From NCBI RefSeq assembly GCF_000014265.1, contig NC_008312.1, positions 4,680,001-4,712,000 of the forward strand: DNA of 32,000 nucleotides, given 5' to 3'. The notes beneath the pieces were generated by a model. That model saw only the letters and a list, made by a program, of their open reading frames with translations. It did no database searches and had not been told where the DNA came from. Every line of letters begins with the position of its first letter. Positions within the stretch are counted from its first letter, which is position 1. The stretch is from Trichodesmium erythraeum IMS101. Lineage in GTDB: Bacteria > Cyanobacteriota > Cyanobacteriia > Cyanobacteriales > Microcoleaceae. A program made the translations under genes and the position numbers. Of this stretch, positions 18,377-27,419 are shown in pieces.

Positions 18377-18835
18377 ATGCCACCAAAAGCTTATTTGAAA
18401 CAGTACCTAACTATAGAAGAACTGAAAATTCGCTACCGACAAGCTCCAGACACCATTGAATCCCGTCGGTGGCATCTCCTGCTTCTAATTGCCCAAAAAT
18501 GGTCTATTAAAAAGGCAGCTCAAGTTGTTGGACTTAATTATGATTATGCTAAAGAAATTTTTGGTCGGTACAACCGAGAAGGACCAGAGTCTGTAAAGAA
18601 TCGTAGCAAAAATCGTCAACCACCACCTGCTAAATCTTTATTGACTCCTGAGCAACAACAGGAACTATTAGTAGCCTTACAAGGGCCAGCTCCTGATGGC
18701 GGGCTATGGTCTGGTCCAAAAGTAGCTCATTGGATAGCAAAGAAAACTGGTCGATCTCACGTTTGGCCTCAACGAGGTTGGGATTATCTTAAAAAGTTGG
18801 GTATTGACTGGAAAAAAAAATATCACAATGATTGA
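18377..18835 (+). CDS. IS630-family transposase N-terminal HTH/winged-helix ORF (orfA-like). The DDE domain is missing, so the element is truncated
   Basis: The 152-aa ORF has ..RRWHLLLLIAQKWSIKKAAQVVGLNYDYAKEIFGRYNREGPESVKNRS......LTPEQQQELLVAL.......GLWSGPKVAHWI..KTG..... WDYLKKLG, typical of cyanobacterial IS630 orfA. Homology ends at an A9 run (18812-18820). No transposase catalytic domain follows in any frame. Confidence 0.7.
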   Translation: MPPKAYLKQYLTIEELKIRYRQAPDTIESRRWHLLLLIAQKWSIKKAAQVVGLNYDYAKEIFGRYNREGPESVKNRSKNRQPPPAKSLLTPEQQQELLVALQGPAPDGGLWSGPKVAHWIAKKTGRSHVWPQRGWDYLKKLGIDWKKKYHND

Positions 18836-18865
18836 TAATTCTTGATTAGATTTGGTCTTTAGTCT

Positions 18866-19096
18866 TTGGGAAACTTATTTTGTACGGAGCCTTCAGATTT
18901 CTGTCTGATACCAACTTTTTTTTATATAGACCTGGCCACAGTTATTGGGAAGCAGATCAGGAAGTGTAAGAAAGAAAAAAGGGAAAAAAGATTTAATTGT
19001 ACTTTGACCAGATATCTGCAATGTTCTAAATACTTTTCCGGAGTCATCGTAAAAATCTTGATAAATTTGAATGAAGGTTGTCAAAACTATCAGTAA
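18866..19096 (+). pseudogene. Possible continuation of the IS701-like relic (weak)
   Basis: FYIDLATVIGKQIRKCKKEKREKRFNCTLTRYLQ loosely resembles the LYLP..W..D..RC.KAGIP....F.TK..LAL block of IS701-family transposases. There is no other support. Confidence 0.2.
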
Positions 19097-19160
19097 TGAA
19101 TAATTATCAATTATTTGTTTGGCAAAATCTGACATAGAAATATACCAAGATTTAGTGGTT

Positions 19161-19859
19161 ATGAAAATTAATACTTCTACAAAAATAATTGTATTATTTG
19201 CATTATGTTTGGGAATTAACTTAAGTATCAATAATACCGCTGATGCTAGACCAAAAAATAGGTTAATTTGTCAAATAAGAGCAGAATTATGCTCAAAAAA
19301 AGAAAGTAATCTTTTATGTACAAAAGATGACAGTTGTTCTCAGAAAAAAGTAGAAAGTTGTGAGCAAGATAATCAGATATCCTGCGATAAAACACAGTCT
19401 ACAATTCAGGAATTTAAACCTGTAATTCGACCTAATAAATTTTCTTGTGATGAAGGTGAAAGTGGTATTCCAACTACTTTTGTCAAAACACCACAAGGTG
19501 CTTATCCTGTGATTCGCTGGGTTTCTAATTATTTCTTATCTGCTGGATATAGTCCCATGACTCGTTGTCGTCAAGTATCAAACAAATTTCAATTATTTTA
19601 TGATGATGGCAGACTAGATTATATTACTACTGGCATTGTTAACCGTCAACCTGTTGTCTGTATTTCTAGTCACAAGGGTGGTCCCTGTCAAGGGGTTTTA
19701 TTTACTCTCAAACCTAATCAAAATGCTAGCAAAACAATTCAAAAATTATTTGATATTCGGGTTGGTGCTACCACAGGTCCACTATATGAAAGTAGTTCCC
19801 GTTTCTATTTAAACTTTAATGATTATTTAGAAAGTTTAGCAAACAAGGGTATGGAGTAA
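19161..19859 (+). CDS. COP23 (circadian oscillating protein 23) domain protein, secreted or periplasmic
   Basis: I prefer the ATG at 19161 (MKINTSTKIIVLFALCLGINLSINNTADA is a signal peptide) over the TTG at 19119 in the ORF track. The C-terminal domain reads F.C....GIPTTFVKTPQG.YPVIRWVSNYF..AGYSPMTRC..VS.KFQ......L.YITTG..N.QPVVC....GG.C...LFTLKP, which matches my recollection of the COP23 family. Confidence 0.75.
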   Translation: MKINTSTKIIVLFALCLGINLSINNTADARPKNRLICQIRAELCSKKESNLLCTKDDSCSQKKVESCEQDNQISCDKTQSTIQEFKPVIRPNKFSCDEGESGIPTTFVKTPQGAYPVIRWVSNYFLSAGYSPMTRCRQVSNKFQLFYDDGRLDYITTGIVNRQPVVCISSHKGGPCQGVLFTLKPNQNASKTIQKLFDIRVGATTGPLYESSSRFYLNFNDYLESLANKGME

Positions 19860-19865
19860 TATTTT

Positions 19866-20720
19866 GTGAGTTTGCGATGGTTGATATTAGCAGTTTGTAT
19901 TGGTAGTGAGTTATTTTATTTTTCAATACAAACGTTACCTAAAAAATTGCCTGACTTGGAAAGTTCAGCAACTCAAATACAAAGTAAAAATTGTACTAAC
20001 TGTAATAATTTTTGTACCATTAAAGAGCTTAAAAGTTTAGCTAAATCAATCACCGTTAAAATTATTTCGGAAAATGGTTGGGGTTCAGGAATTATATTGA
20101 AACGAGAGAAAAAAGTTTATACAATTGTTACTAATCAGCACGTTTTAGATACTAACTATAAATCTTATCTGATTCAGACTCCAGATGGTCTTTTTTATCA
20201 AGCAAATCAAATAGAAAATGAAGGCTTTCAAGGAAATGATTTAGCTCTATTAAAGTTTCGTAGTACTAACTCCAACTATACTGTTGCATCTCTCGAAAAT
20301 TCTGCTACCCTTTCTCCAGGAGATAAAACTTTTGCTGCCGGGTTTTCTGCTTTAGAAAAAACTCAATACATAGAACTTTTATTCACTAGAGGAAAAATTT
20401 CAATTTTGTCTGACCGCCCCTTAGAAAAGGGTTATCAAATTGGCTACACTAATTTGATAAAAAAGGGCATGAGTGGGGGTCCTTTACTGAATATTTACGG
20501 GCAAGTAGTTGGTATTAATGGAATGCACGCTTATCCTTTATGGGGAGATCCTTATGTATATCGTGATGGTTCCCAACCAACTGAAAGTTTACGTCAACAA
20601 ATGAGTCATTTAGCATTTGCTATTCCTATTGAAACTGTAGCTAAATTAGCTCCAAATTTGCATCTATACAAATTATTAAGCTCCAGAAAATTTTTACTAG
20701 CAAGAAAAAGGCAAAAATAA
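19866..20720 (+). CDS. Trypsin-like (S1/chymotrypsin-fold) serine protease with an N-terminal membrane anchor or signal
   Basis: The GTG start lies 6 nt after the COP23 stop, with GGAG (19852-19855) upstream. The catalytic triad context is TNQHV (His), NDLALLKF (Asp) and KGMSGGPL (Ser). The N-terminus is hydrophobic (WLILAVCIGSELFYF). Confidence 0.8.
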   Translation: MSLRWLILAVCIGSELFYFSIQTLPKKLPDLESSATQIQSKNCTNCNNFCTIKELKSLAKSITVKIISENGWGSGIILKREKKVYTIVTNQHVLDTNYKSYLIQTPDGLFYQANQIENEGFQGNDLALLKFRSTNSNYTVASLENSATLSPGDKTFAAGFSALEKTQYIELLFTRGKISILSDRPLEKGYQIGYTNLIKKGMSGGPLLNIYGQVVGINGMHAYPLWGDPYVYRDGSQPTESLRQQMSHLAFAIPIETVAKLAPNLHLYKLLSSRKFLLARKRQK

Positions 20721-21745
20721 AGAAGGGAAATAGATAACTCTATATAGTAATTGGCTTATAGTTTGTAATATTTTATAATTACGGAGTTTGTTCCCTTAAC
20801 CTAAACAAATATAGTATAAAAAGACTAAACCCCTACAGTTTTTTTTATAAATTATTTAATGCTACTTATAGATTAATAAAGTTCACTTAAAGATTTTTTT
20901 TTAGGAATTAGTGTCGAAAGAGAATTAAAAAGTTATGTTTGCACATCATGACCTTTGCTCCCCATTCCATATGTTAGGAATGTTTTTGTTAAGAGAGGAA
21001 AATGTTAGGAATGTTATGTAATTGCTCATGAGGTAACTTTAGTATTTTATAGATTCAAAAGCTAAGAGCTAACTGCTAATAACTGAATGCTTACACATAA
21101 TCGTTTCATAAATTATGAGCTTAGGTATTATATCGACCGTATTAATTTGCAGTTTTTTTATATTTATGCTCAAAATTTATCTCTTGTAAAAATATTAAAA
21201 CACTAGAAATATTTAAGTAATTTTGCAAAATTAATTAAGTATATTTAATAATTAATTTTTAGTATAAAAAAACAAGAAATGTTTATATAATTATGATATT
21301 TATTAGAGACTTAATACTATGGAATAGAAAGCTTTTATAAAGTATGATTATCATAGTAATTTTAGTTAATTTAGGGATACAGCTAAATGTATAATATTCA
21401 GCAGTTAATAATTTACTATTAAATAATTTAGACAATGTTTAAGTCAGTAATAAATCGTTCTTATTTAATCTTTTCATGTCAATATCTAGCAATATTAGGA
21501 CTATATCATCAAAGATTAAGATACAAAAAATAAAAATAAAAATCATAAAAAAAATTAAATGTTAGTTTTTTTTTTAATTAAAAGCACTAAATAAAATTAA
21601 AATTCAAACAAAAAAAATGGGGATTTAATATTAAAAAATATTCAATAAAATTAATTATAAAAAGTTAATCATGAGATTGAATGTATCAAAATTTAAATAA
21701 GTAAAAGCTCTAATAAATCATAGCTATAAGTAAAAAAAATGAGGC

Positions 21746-22225
21746 TATAAGCACTCCAAATTAAAGATAAAAAAGATAAATTGATTCAATTTAATTTTTT
21801 ATAGGAAATTAGATTTGCTTTACTATATTTTTCTTATTTATTGCGTAAAAATGTATAAAAAAACTAGTAAAAACCGTAAAATTAAAGTAGTAATTTTTAT
21901 TGGCAAATTAATTTACAGCTAATTATTTGATGTCTATATTAAATGTCAATATGAAGATTAAAGTAGTGTTATTTATTGAAAAAAACATTCATAAATTGTC
22001 TCATTAAGCCGTAGTTATTTTTGAGCAAGCGTCGATTCATACTAATAAAAATTTACTAAATAAATTTGAATAATAAAACTAAAAAAAATATAGAAATATG
22101 TGGGTTAACTGCCTATTCACTAAAAGCAAACAGAAGAGAAATATAATATAGAAATATTATGCAAATTTACTAAATCTAAATGGATTAAAGTAGAGTTAAT
22201 TGATAACTGAAATAGCTTACTTTAT
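21746..22225 (+). repeat. Dispersed AT-rich repeat, copy B (~480 bp), homologous to 9897-10360
   Basis: It has the same collinear blocks as copy A. It contains three internal ATTAAAGTAG sub-motifs and ends about 200 bp upstream of the protease-TPR gene. Confidence 0.6.
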
Positions 22226-22431
22226 AGTCCTGATAGAAGGTATACAAAGAATAAAACACACAGGATAAAAATACTCCCAGTGCTCTTAAGAGCAAATATT
22301 AGCGGACAATTCACGACAATTATAATGCACCACTAACCTTACTTCAATATTTCAAAAAAGTGCTTAGTAAAGCACGGAACAAAATATGTAATTAATTTAG
22401 CTTATACATTTATATTTATTCAAATAAAAAT

Positions 22432-23958
22432 ATGAGATTTCAAAAAAAATTATGGGATTTAATATTTTTTTTATTCCCAATTAAACAATTACTTATTAGT
22501 TTTTCCTTATTACTTATTTCTCCTACATTAATATTTTTCAAACAACCTGCTGCTATAGCCTTAATGGCGGATAAAATTAACCAAATCTCTACAGAATTTA
22601 CAGTATTAATTGATGCTATAAATCCTGCTTCTGGAGTAATTATTTCTAGAAAAAAAGACACTTATTATGTTTTAACTGCGAACCACGTCGTCGAAACTCA
22701 AGATGAATATGCAATTTTTACCAAGGATGGAGAAAGATATGAAGTTGATTATCAAAAAATAATTAAATTGCCAGGAGTTGATTTAGCAGTTGTAGAGTTT
22801 CGGAGTAGTAAAAATTATCAAGTTGCTACTTTAGCTGATTATAATTATCAAGCAGAATTTCGTCATGTTTTTGTGTCTGGTTGGCCTGATTCAAGATTAC
22901 CTTTTGATGAAAAAGAACATTTATTTAGTCCGGGATTATTAATTAATAAAGATTATGAATTAGCCTTTATTAAGGATCCTATTTCTAATGGTTATGAACT
23001 GTTTTATAATAATATTACTAAGGTAGGTTTGAGTGGTGCACCTGTTTTAGATACTCAAGGAAGAGTGATTGGAATTCATGGTGCCTCTGAAGGTACAAAA
23101 ATTTATGATGAAGAGTCTAATTCAGTGGAAAGGGTGAGTATTGGTTTTAGCTATGGTATTCCTATTAATATTTTTTTGAAATTGGCAGATAAGTTAAATA
23201 TGGGATTAAATTTTCAATTGGAATATTCATCGCCACCACCACTAACTCAAAAAGAAGCTTTTTCTATAGAAGCTTATTTAAAAGTTCCAGAAACAAGAGA
23301 TATTTCTAGTGCAGTAGCATGGGCAAATCATGGGAATTATTTATATCGTTTAGATAAATTTGAAGAAGCATTAGTAGCTTTTGAACGCTCAATAAAAATC
23401 AGGAAAAATTTCTATCCAGCTTGGTATGGGAAGGCAAATGTATTGTCTGCTTTAGGTAGGTATGATACAGCAATAGATTGTTATAAAAAGACAGTAAAAA
23501 TCAAACCAGACTTTTATTTAGCTTGGCGAGATAAAGGAGCTTTATTTGCTTATTTAAATCGACATTATGAGGCATTAATATCTTTTAATCAAGTAATTAG
23601 ATATAAGCCAAATGATTTTGCTGTTTGGTATCTGAGAGGTAATATTTTAACAACACATTTTCAGGAATATAAAGAAGCGATCGCTGCCTATAACAGGGCA
23701 ATTGAATTAAAGCCTAATTTTGCTTATGCTTGGATAGGAAAAGGGGAAGCTTTTTATCGTTTAGGAAACTATGAAAAAGCTAGAGAGGTTGCTCAAAAAG
23801 CAGTAAAACTTAAGCCTAATGATCCAGAATTTTTGACTTTTTTAAATATTCTGGAGAAACATAGTTTACCATCGGCTCCTATTAAGCCGATACCAAATAA
23901 AGGAAAGGTTGAAATAATAAATTATCCTTCTCGTAAACAACCTAACTTATTGTGGTAA
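22432..23958 (+). CDS. Trypsin-like serine protease domain fused to C-terminal TPR repeats
   Basis: It has an N-terminal TM (LLISFSLLLISPTLIFF) and the triad context TANHVV, VDLAVVEF and VGLSGAPV. It is a paralogue of 19866-20720. The C-terminal half has about 5-6 TPR units (AW...G..L..L.R..EA...Y...I...P....AW). Confidence 0.85.
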   Translation: MRFQKKLWDLIFFLFPIKQLLISFSLLLISPTLIFFKQPAAIALMADKINQISTEFTVLIDAINPASGVIISRKKDTYYVLTANHVVETQDEYAIFTKDGERYEVDYQKIIKLPGVDLAVVEFRSSKNYQVATLADYNYQAEFRHVFVSGWPDSRLPFDEKEHLFSPGLLINKDYELAFIKDPISNGYELFYNNITKVGLSGAPVLDTQGRVIGIHGASEGTKIYDEESNSVERVSIGFSYGIPINIFLKLADKLNMGLNFQLEYSSPPPLTQKEAFSIEAYLKVPETRDISSAVAWANHGNYLYRLDKFEEALVAFERSIKIRKNFYPAWYGKANVLSALGRYDTAIDCYKKTVKIKPDFYLAWRDKGALFAYLNRHYEALISFNQVIRYKPNDFAVWYLRGNILTTHFQEYKEAIAAYNRAIELKPNFAYAWIGKGEAFYRLGNYEKAREVAQKAVKLKPNDPEFLTFLNILEKHSLPSAPIKPIPNKGKVEIINYPSRKQPNLLW

Positions 23959-24070
23959 TTAACATATAAATGAATAGGAAATAGGAAATCACAAATGGTA
24001 AGTATTCAATTATTAACATTTTAGTAATGGAGTGACACGTCTAAAAATATAAGGCCTATAAGAAGGAAAT

Positions 24071-24110
24071 AAAATCCAACAATGATAAAAGTAGGTTGGA
24101 TTTTGTTCTA
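24071..24110 (+). terminator. Possible intrinsic terminator after the protease-TPR gene
   Basis: 10-bp perfect stem AAAATCCAAC / GTTGGATTTT with a 14-nt loop. The 3' arm runs into TTTTGTT. It lies about 110 nt after the stop codon. Confidence 0.3.
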
Positions 24111-24794
24111 AGACTCAACAAAGCCTTATTTTACTATTTTAGTTTGTCGCTCCAGTCGTTATATTATTGAACATAAAAAAACATTATACTGTATTTTTTA
24201 TTAGTTAAAATTAACGGGAACATCTAGACCATAAATGTCGGCATATTCTACAGATTAACCCCACAAAAATCGGGAATGTTATGACAAGTTTTTTGGAGCT
24301 CATTTGATTGTTGAATTAAGCATTCAGCTATTGATAGTCAGCTTTCGGCTGTTTAATTAATGGCATTAGTCGTAAAACTGAGTTATCTATCCGGATTTAT
24401 TAAAATAGTTCAGAATATTAAAGTATAACTAGTAAACAAAATTTTTCTTAACTTGACACAACAAACAAAAATGTTTTCCTCAATATTAAAGATTGTTAAC
24501 TACACAGCAGAATCAGAGCAGAGAATATTTTTTAACAAAATATTAACCTAGGAATTAATAGGATTAATTTATCTCAATTGCTAAGAGCAAAGGTAAGGTA
24601 TTTATATCTGTACTTATAAATAAAATAATAGCTATACTTTAGTTAATATTTTAGGGGTATTTTCTGCTAATTAATAATTGTGTTTTCTTGCCATATCTTA
24701 CTTATTATTTCCCATCTTATTTTTGATATTTTGTAATACATTTAATATCGACAATTCAAAAATATTAGTTTTTATATAGCAAAAGGAGTAATAT

Positions 24795-26996
24795 ATGACG
24801 ATATCCAGATCATCTCAGTTGAATTCTACAAGTAATATTCATAATCTAAGTAACCCTGGTCAAATTAGTGGTGCTAAATTTAATGATATTAATTTCAATG
24901 CAATATTAGACCCTGGAGAATTAGGTTTACGAGATATTACTTTATACTTAGACCTGAATCAAAATAAATTTTTAGATGAGGGAGAACCTGCCACTATTAC
25001 TGGTGTTAATGGTGAATATTCTTTCCGAAATTTACCTCCTAATACTTATATATTGCGAGAAATTTCTCCAATAGGTTTTGCTTCAACTACTCCCGACCCA
25101 ATTTTAAATGTAATTCCAGGAAGTAATCTAATAGTAAATGTTGGGAATGTAAGCAACCGTGGTCAAATTAGCGGTGCTAAATTTAATGATATTAATTCCA
25201 ATGGAAAATTTGACTCTGGAGAATTTGGTTTACAAGATATTACTTTATATTTAGACCTAAATCAAAATCAATTCTTAGACAACGGAGAACCTGTCACTAT
25301 TACTGATGTTAATGGTGAATATTCTTTCCAAAATTTACCTCCTAATACTTATATATTGCGAGAAATTTCTCCAACAGGTTTTACCCCAACTACTCCCGAC
25401 CCAATTTTAAATTTAACCCCTAACAGTAATCTAATAGCTAATATTGGGAGTGTAAGTAACCGTGGTCAAATTAGTGGTACTAAATTTAATGATATTAATT
25501 CCAATGGAAAATTTGACCCTGGAGAATTTGGTTTACAAGATATTACTTTATATTTAGACCTAAATCAAAATGGATTTTTGGATGAGAGAGAACCTGCCAC
25601 TATTACTGGTGTTAATGGTGAATATTCTTTTCAAGATCTACCGCCTAATACTTATATATTACGAGACATTTCTCCAACAAATTTTATTTCAACTACTCCC
25701 AAATCAATTTTAAATGTAACTCCGGGAAGTAATTTAATAGCTAATATTGGGAGTGTAAATAACCAAGGTAGCATTAGTGGCATTAAATTTAATGATACGA
25801 ATACTAATGGAATATTTGACCCTGGAGAATTAGGTTTACAAAATATTACTCTATATTTAGATCTGAATAAAAATGGATTATTAGATGGGGAAGAACCTTC
25901 CACTATGACTAATGTTAATGGTGAATATTCTTTCCAAAATTTACCTGTTAATACCTATATAATTAGGGAAAATCAAGTATCAGATTTTATCCAAACTACT
26001 CCCGACCCTATTATTAATGTTACTCCAGGAAGTAACATTAGAAATATCAATATTGGTAATGTAAATAATCGAGGTAAAATTAGTGGTACGAAATTTAATG
26101 ACACAAATACTAATGGAATGTTTGACCCTGGAGAATTAGGTTTAGCAGATATTGCTTTATATTTAGACCTAAATCAAAATGGATTCTTGGATGAGGAAGA
26201 ACCTTCTACTATTACTGATGTTAATGGTGAATATTCTTTCCAAGATTTACCTTCTAATACTTATATTTTGAGAGAAATTTCTCCTCCAGGTTTTGCTAAA
26301 ACTACTCCCGAACCTGTCGTGAATGTCACTCCAGGTAGTAACATTACAAATATTAATATTGGTAATGTAAATAATCGAGGTGAAATTAGTGGTACGAAAT
26401 TTAATGATACGAATACTAATGGAATATTGGACCCTGGAGAATCAGGTTTAGCCAATATTACTTTATATTTAGACCTGAATAAAAATGAATTATTGGATGA
26501 GGGAGAACCTCAGACTATTACTGATGTTAATGGTGAATATTCTTTCCAAGATTTACCGCCAAATACTTATATAATTAGGGACGATCAAGTGATAGATCTT
26601 GACCAAACTACTCCCGACCCAATTGTTAATATTACTCCAGGAAGTAACATTAGAAATATCAATATTGGGAATGTAAGTAATCGAGGTGAAATTAATGGCA
26701 TTAAATTTAATGATAAAAATACAGATGGGATATTAAACCCTGGAGAAAATGGTTTAGGTAACTTTACCTTATATCTAGATTTGAATGACAATAGTCTCTT
26801 AGATTTTGGGGAACCTGCAACTATAACTGATGAATTTGGCTTCTATTCATTTAAAGATTTACCTCCCAATGTTTATATAATACGAGAAGTGCAAAAAATT
26901 GGTTTCTCTCAAACTACTACTGATCCAGTTGTTAATGTAACTCCTGGCAGTAATATTAATGATATTAATATTGGCAACTTTAATGAATTTATTTAA
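24795..26996 (+). CDS. Repeat-only protein: 7 tandem SdrD B-like / Cna-B-type Ca-binding Ig-like domains
   Basis: AAGGAG (24783-24788) precedes the ATG. The 733-aa product is 19 aa followed by 7 repeats of 101-105 aa, each reading N.G.ISG.KFND.N.NG..D.GE.GL..ITLYLDLN.N..LD.GEP.T.T..NGEYSF..LP.NTYI.RE......TTPDP..NV.PGSN. The D/N-rich loops resemble SdrD-B Ca sites. Confidence 0.85.
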   Translation: MTISRSSQLNSTSNIHNLSNPGQISGAKFNDINFNAILDPGELGLRDITLYLDLNQNKFLDEGEPATITGVNGEYSFRNLPPNTYILREISPIGFASTTPDPILNVIPGSNLIVNVGNVSNRGQISGAKFNDINSNGKFDSGEFGLQDITLYLDLNQNQFLDNGEPVTITDVNGEYSFQNLPPNTYILREISPTGFTPTTPDPILNLTPNSNLIANIGSVSNRGQISGTKFNDINSNGKFDPGEFGLQDITLYLDLNQNGFLDEREPATITGVNGEYSFQDLPPNTYILRDISPTNFISTTPKSILNVTPGSNLIANIGSVNNQGSISGIKFNDTNTNGIFDPGELGLQNITLYLDLNKNGLLDGEEPSTMTNVNGEYSFQNLPVNTYIIRENQVSDFIQTTPDPIINVTPGSNIRNINIGNVNNRGKISGTKFNDTNTNGMFDPGELGLADIALYLDLNQNGFLDEEEPSTITDVNGEYSFQDLPSNTYILREISPPGFAKTTPEPVVNVTPGSNITNINIGNVNNRGEISGTKFNDTNTNGILDPGESGLANITLYLDLNKNELLDEGEPQTITDVNGEYSFQDLPPNTYIIRDDQVIDLDQTTPDPIVNITPGSNIRNINIGNVSNRGEINGIKFNDKNTDGILNPGENGLGNFTLYLDLNDNSLLDFGEPATITDEFGFYSFKDLPPNVYIIREVQKIGFSQTTTDPVVNVTPGSNINDINIGNFNEFI
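24852..26993 (+). repeat. Tandem 303/306-bp coding repeats x7 (units start at 24852, 25155, 25458, 25761, 26067, 26373 and 26679)
   Basis: Unit boundaries were located by the recurring AAC/AAT-CGT/CGA-GGT (N-R-G) codons. Units 1-3 share long identical nucleotide runs and the later units are more diverged. Confidence 0.95.
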
Positions 26997-27098
26997 AATA
27001 GTTTGACAACATAAAGTTCGATATAAATCCTAAATAATTTTAGATAAAGTTCTATGATACTGCATTTATATTTAAAATTATTTAGTACTAGTATATGT

Positions 27099-27146
27099 TA
27101 TAATAATACCATAGTATTTCTAAAGATTAACTATGGTATTATTGTA
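27099..27146 (+). terminator. Strong hairpin downstream of the repeat protein gene (possible terminator)
   Basis: Perfect 14-bp inverted repeat AATAATACCATAGT (27102-27115) / ACTATGGTATTATT (27130-27143) with a 14-nt loop, extendable by a few pairs. The trailing sequence is U-rich but not a clean U-tract. Confidence 0.4.
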
Positions 27147-27419
27147 TTATAATAGTACTATAAAATGAATTAGTATTAGTACTATTCTTTATCTATTTGA
27201 CGAAATAATATTACTATGAAAGCTTATGTTAATCTAGAGATAGATTTTACAGGAAAAGATTATTTTTTATTTGAAATAACTCGCTAATCTCATAAAAAAA
27301 ATGTGGTTTATCTGTAGAAATTGAAAAAAACATAGCCTCAATTTAGGGTAAAAGATAGTGGTTTAGTGATAGGTTAAAATATTGTTTCATTAGCTCTAAC
27401 TGCTATGCAAATTTTTTTG

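Noticed and set aside
19119-19160. TTG start at 19119 for the COP23 gene, as listed in the ORF track
   Set aside because: The ATG at 19161 yields a canonical signal peptide (MKINTSTKIIVLFALCLG...ADA). The 14 extra residues upstream are not signal-like and depend on a rare TTG start.
18893-19231. 112-aa minus-strand ORF overlapping the COP23 gene start
   Set aside because: It overlaps the signal-peptide region of a supported plus-strand gene and the IS-relic region. It has no motifs and a chance-like composition.
21115-21189. 24-aa hydrophobic mini-ORF MSLGIISTVLICSFFIFMLKIYLL
   Set aside because: There is no RBS. Phe/Ile/Leu-rich ORFs arise readily in AT-rich DNA, and I cannot assess conservation.
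22354-22375. A6 run plus GTGCTT/AAGCAC hairpin, which would be a minus-strand intrinsic terminator just upstream of the protease-TPR gene
   Set aside because: The stem is only 6 bp, and no minus-strand gene to the right needs terminating. It may be part of the plus-strand 5' leader instead.
22440-22661. 73-aa minus-strand ORF inside the protease-TPR gene
   Set aside because: It is antisense to a supported CDS.
24852-26993. Regular ~303-bp periodicity considered as a CRISPR-like or satellite array. The minus-strand ORFs at 25652-25903, 26261-26455 and 26585-26791 were also considered
   Set aside because: The periodicity is entirely explained by in-frame protein domain repeats in one long ORF. 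There is no short repeat and unique spacer structure. The antisense ORFs recur only because the sense repeats recur.
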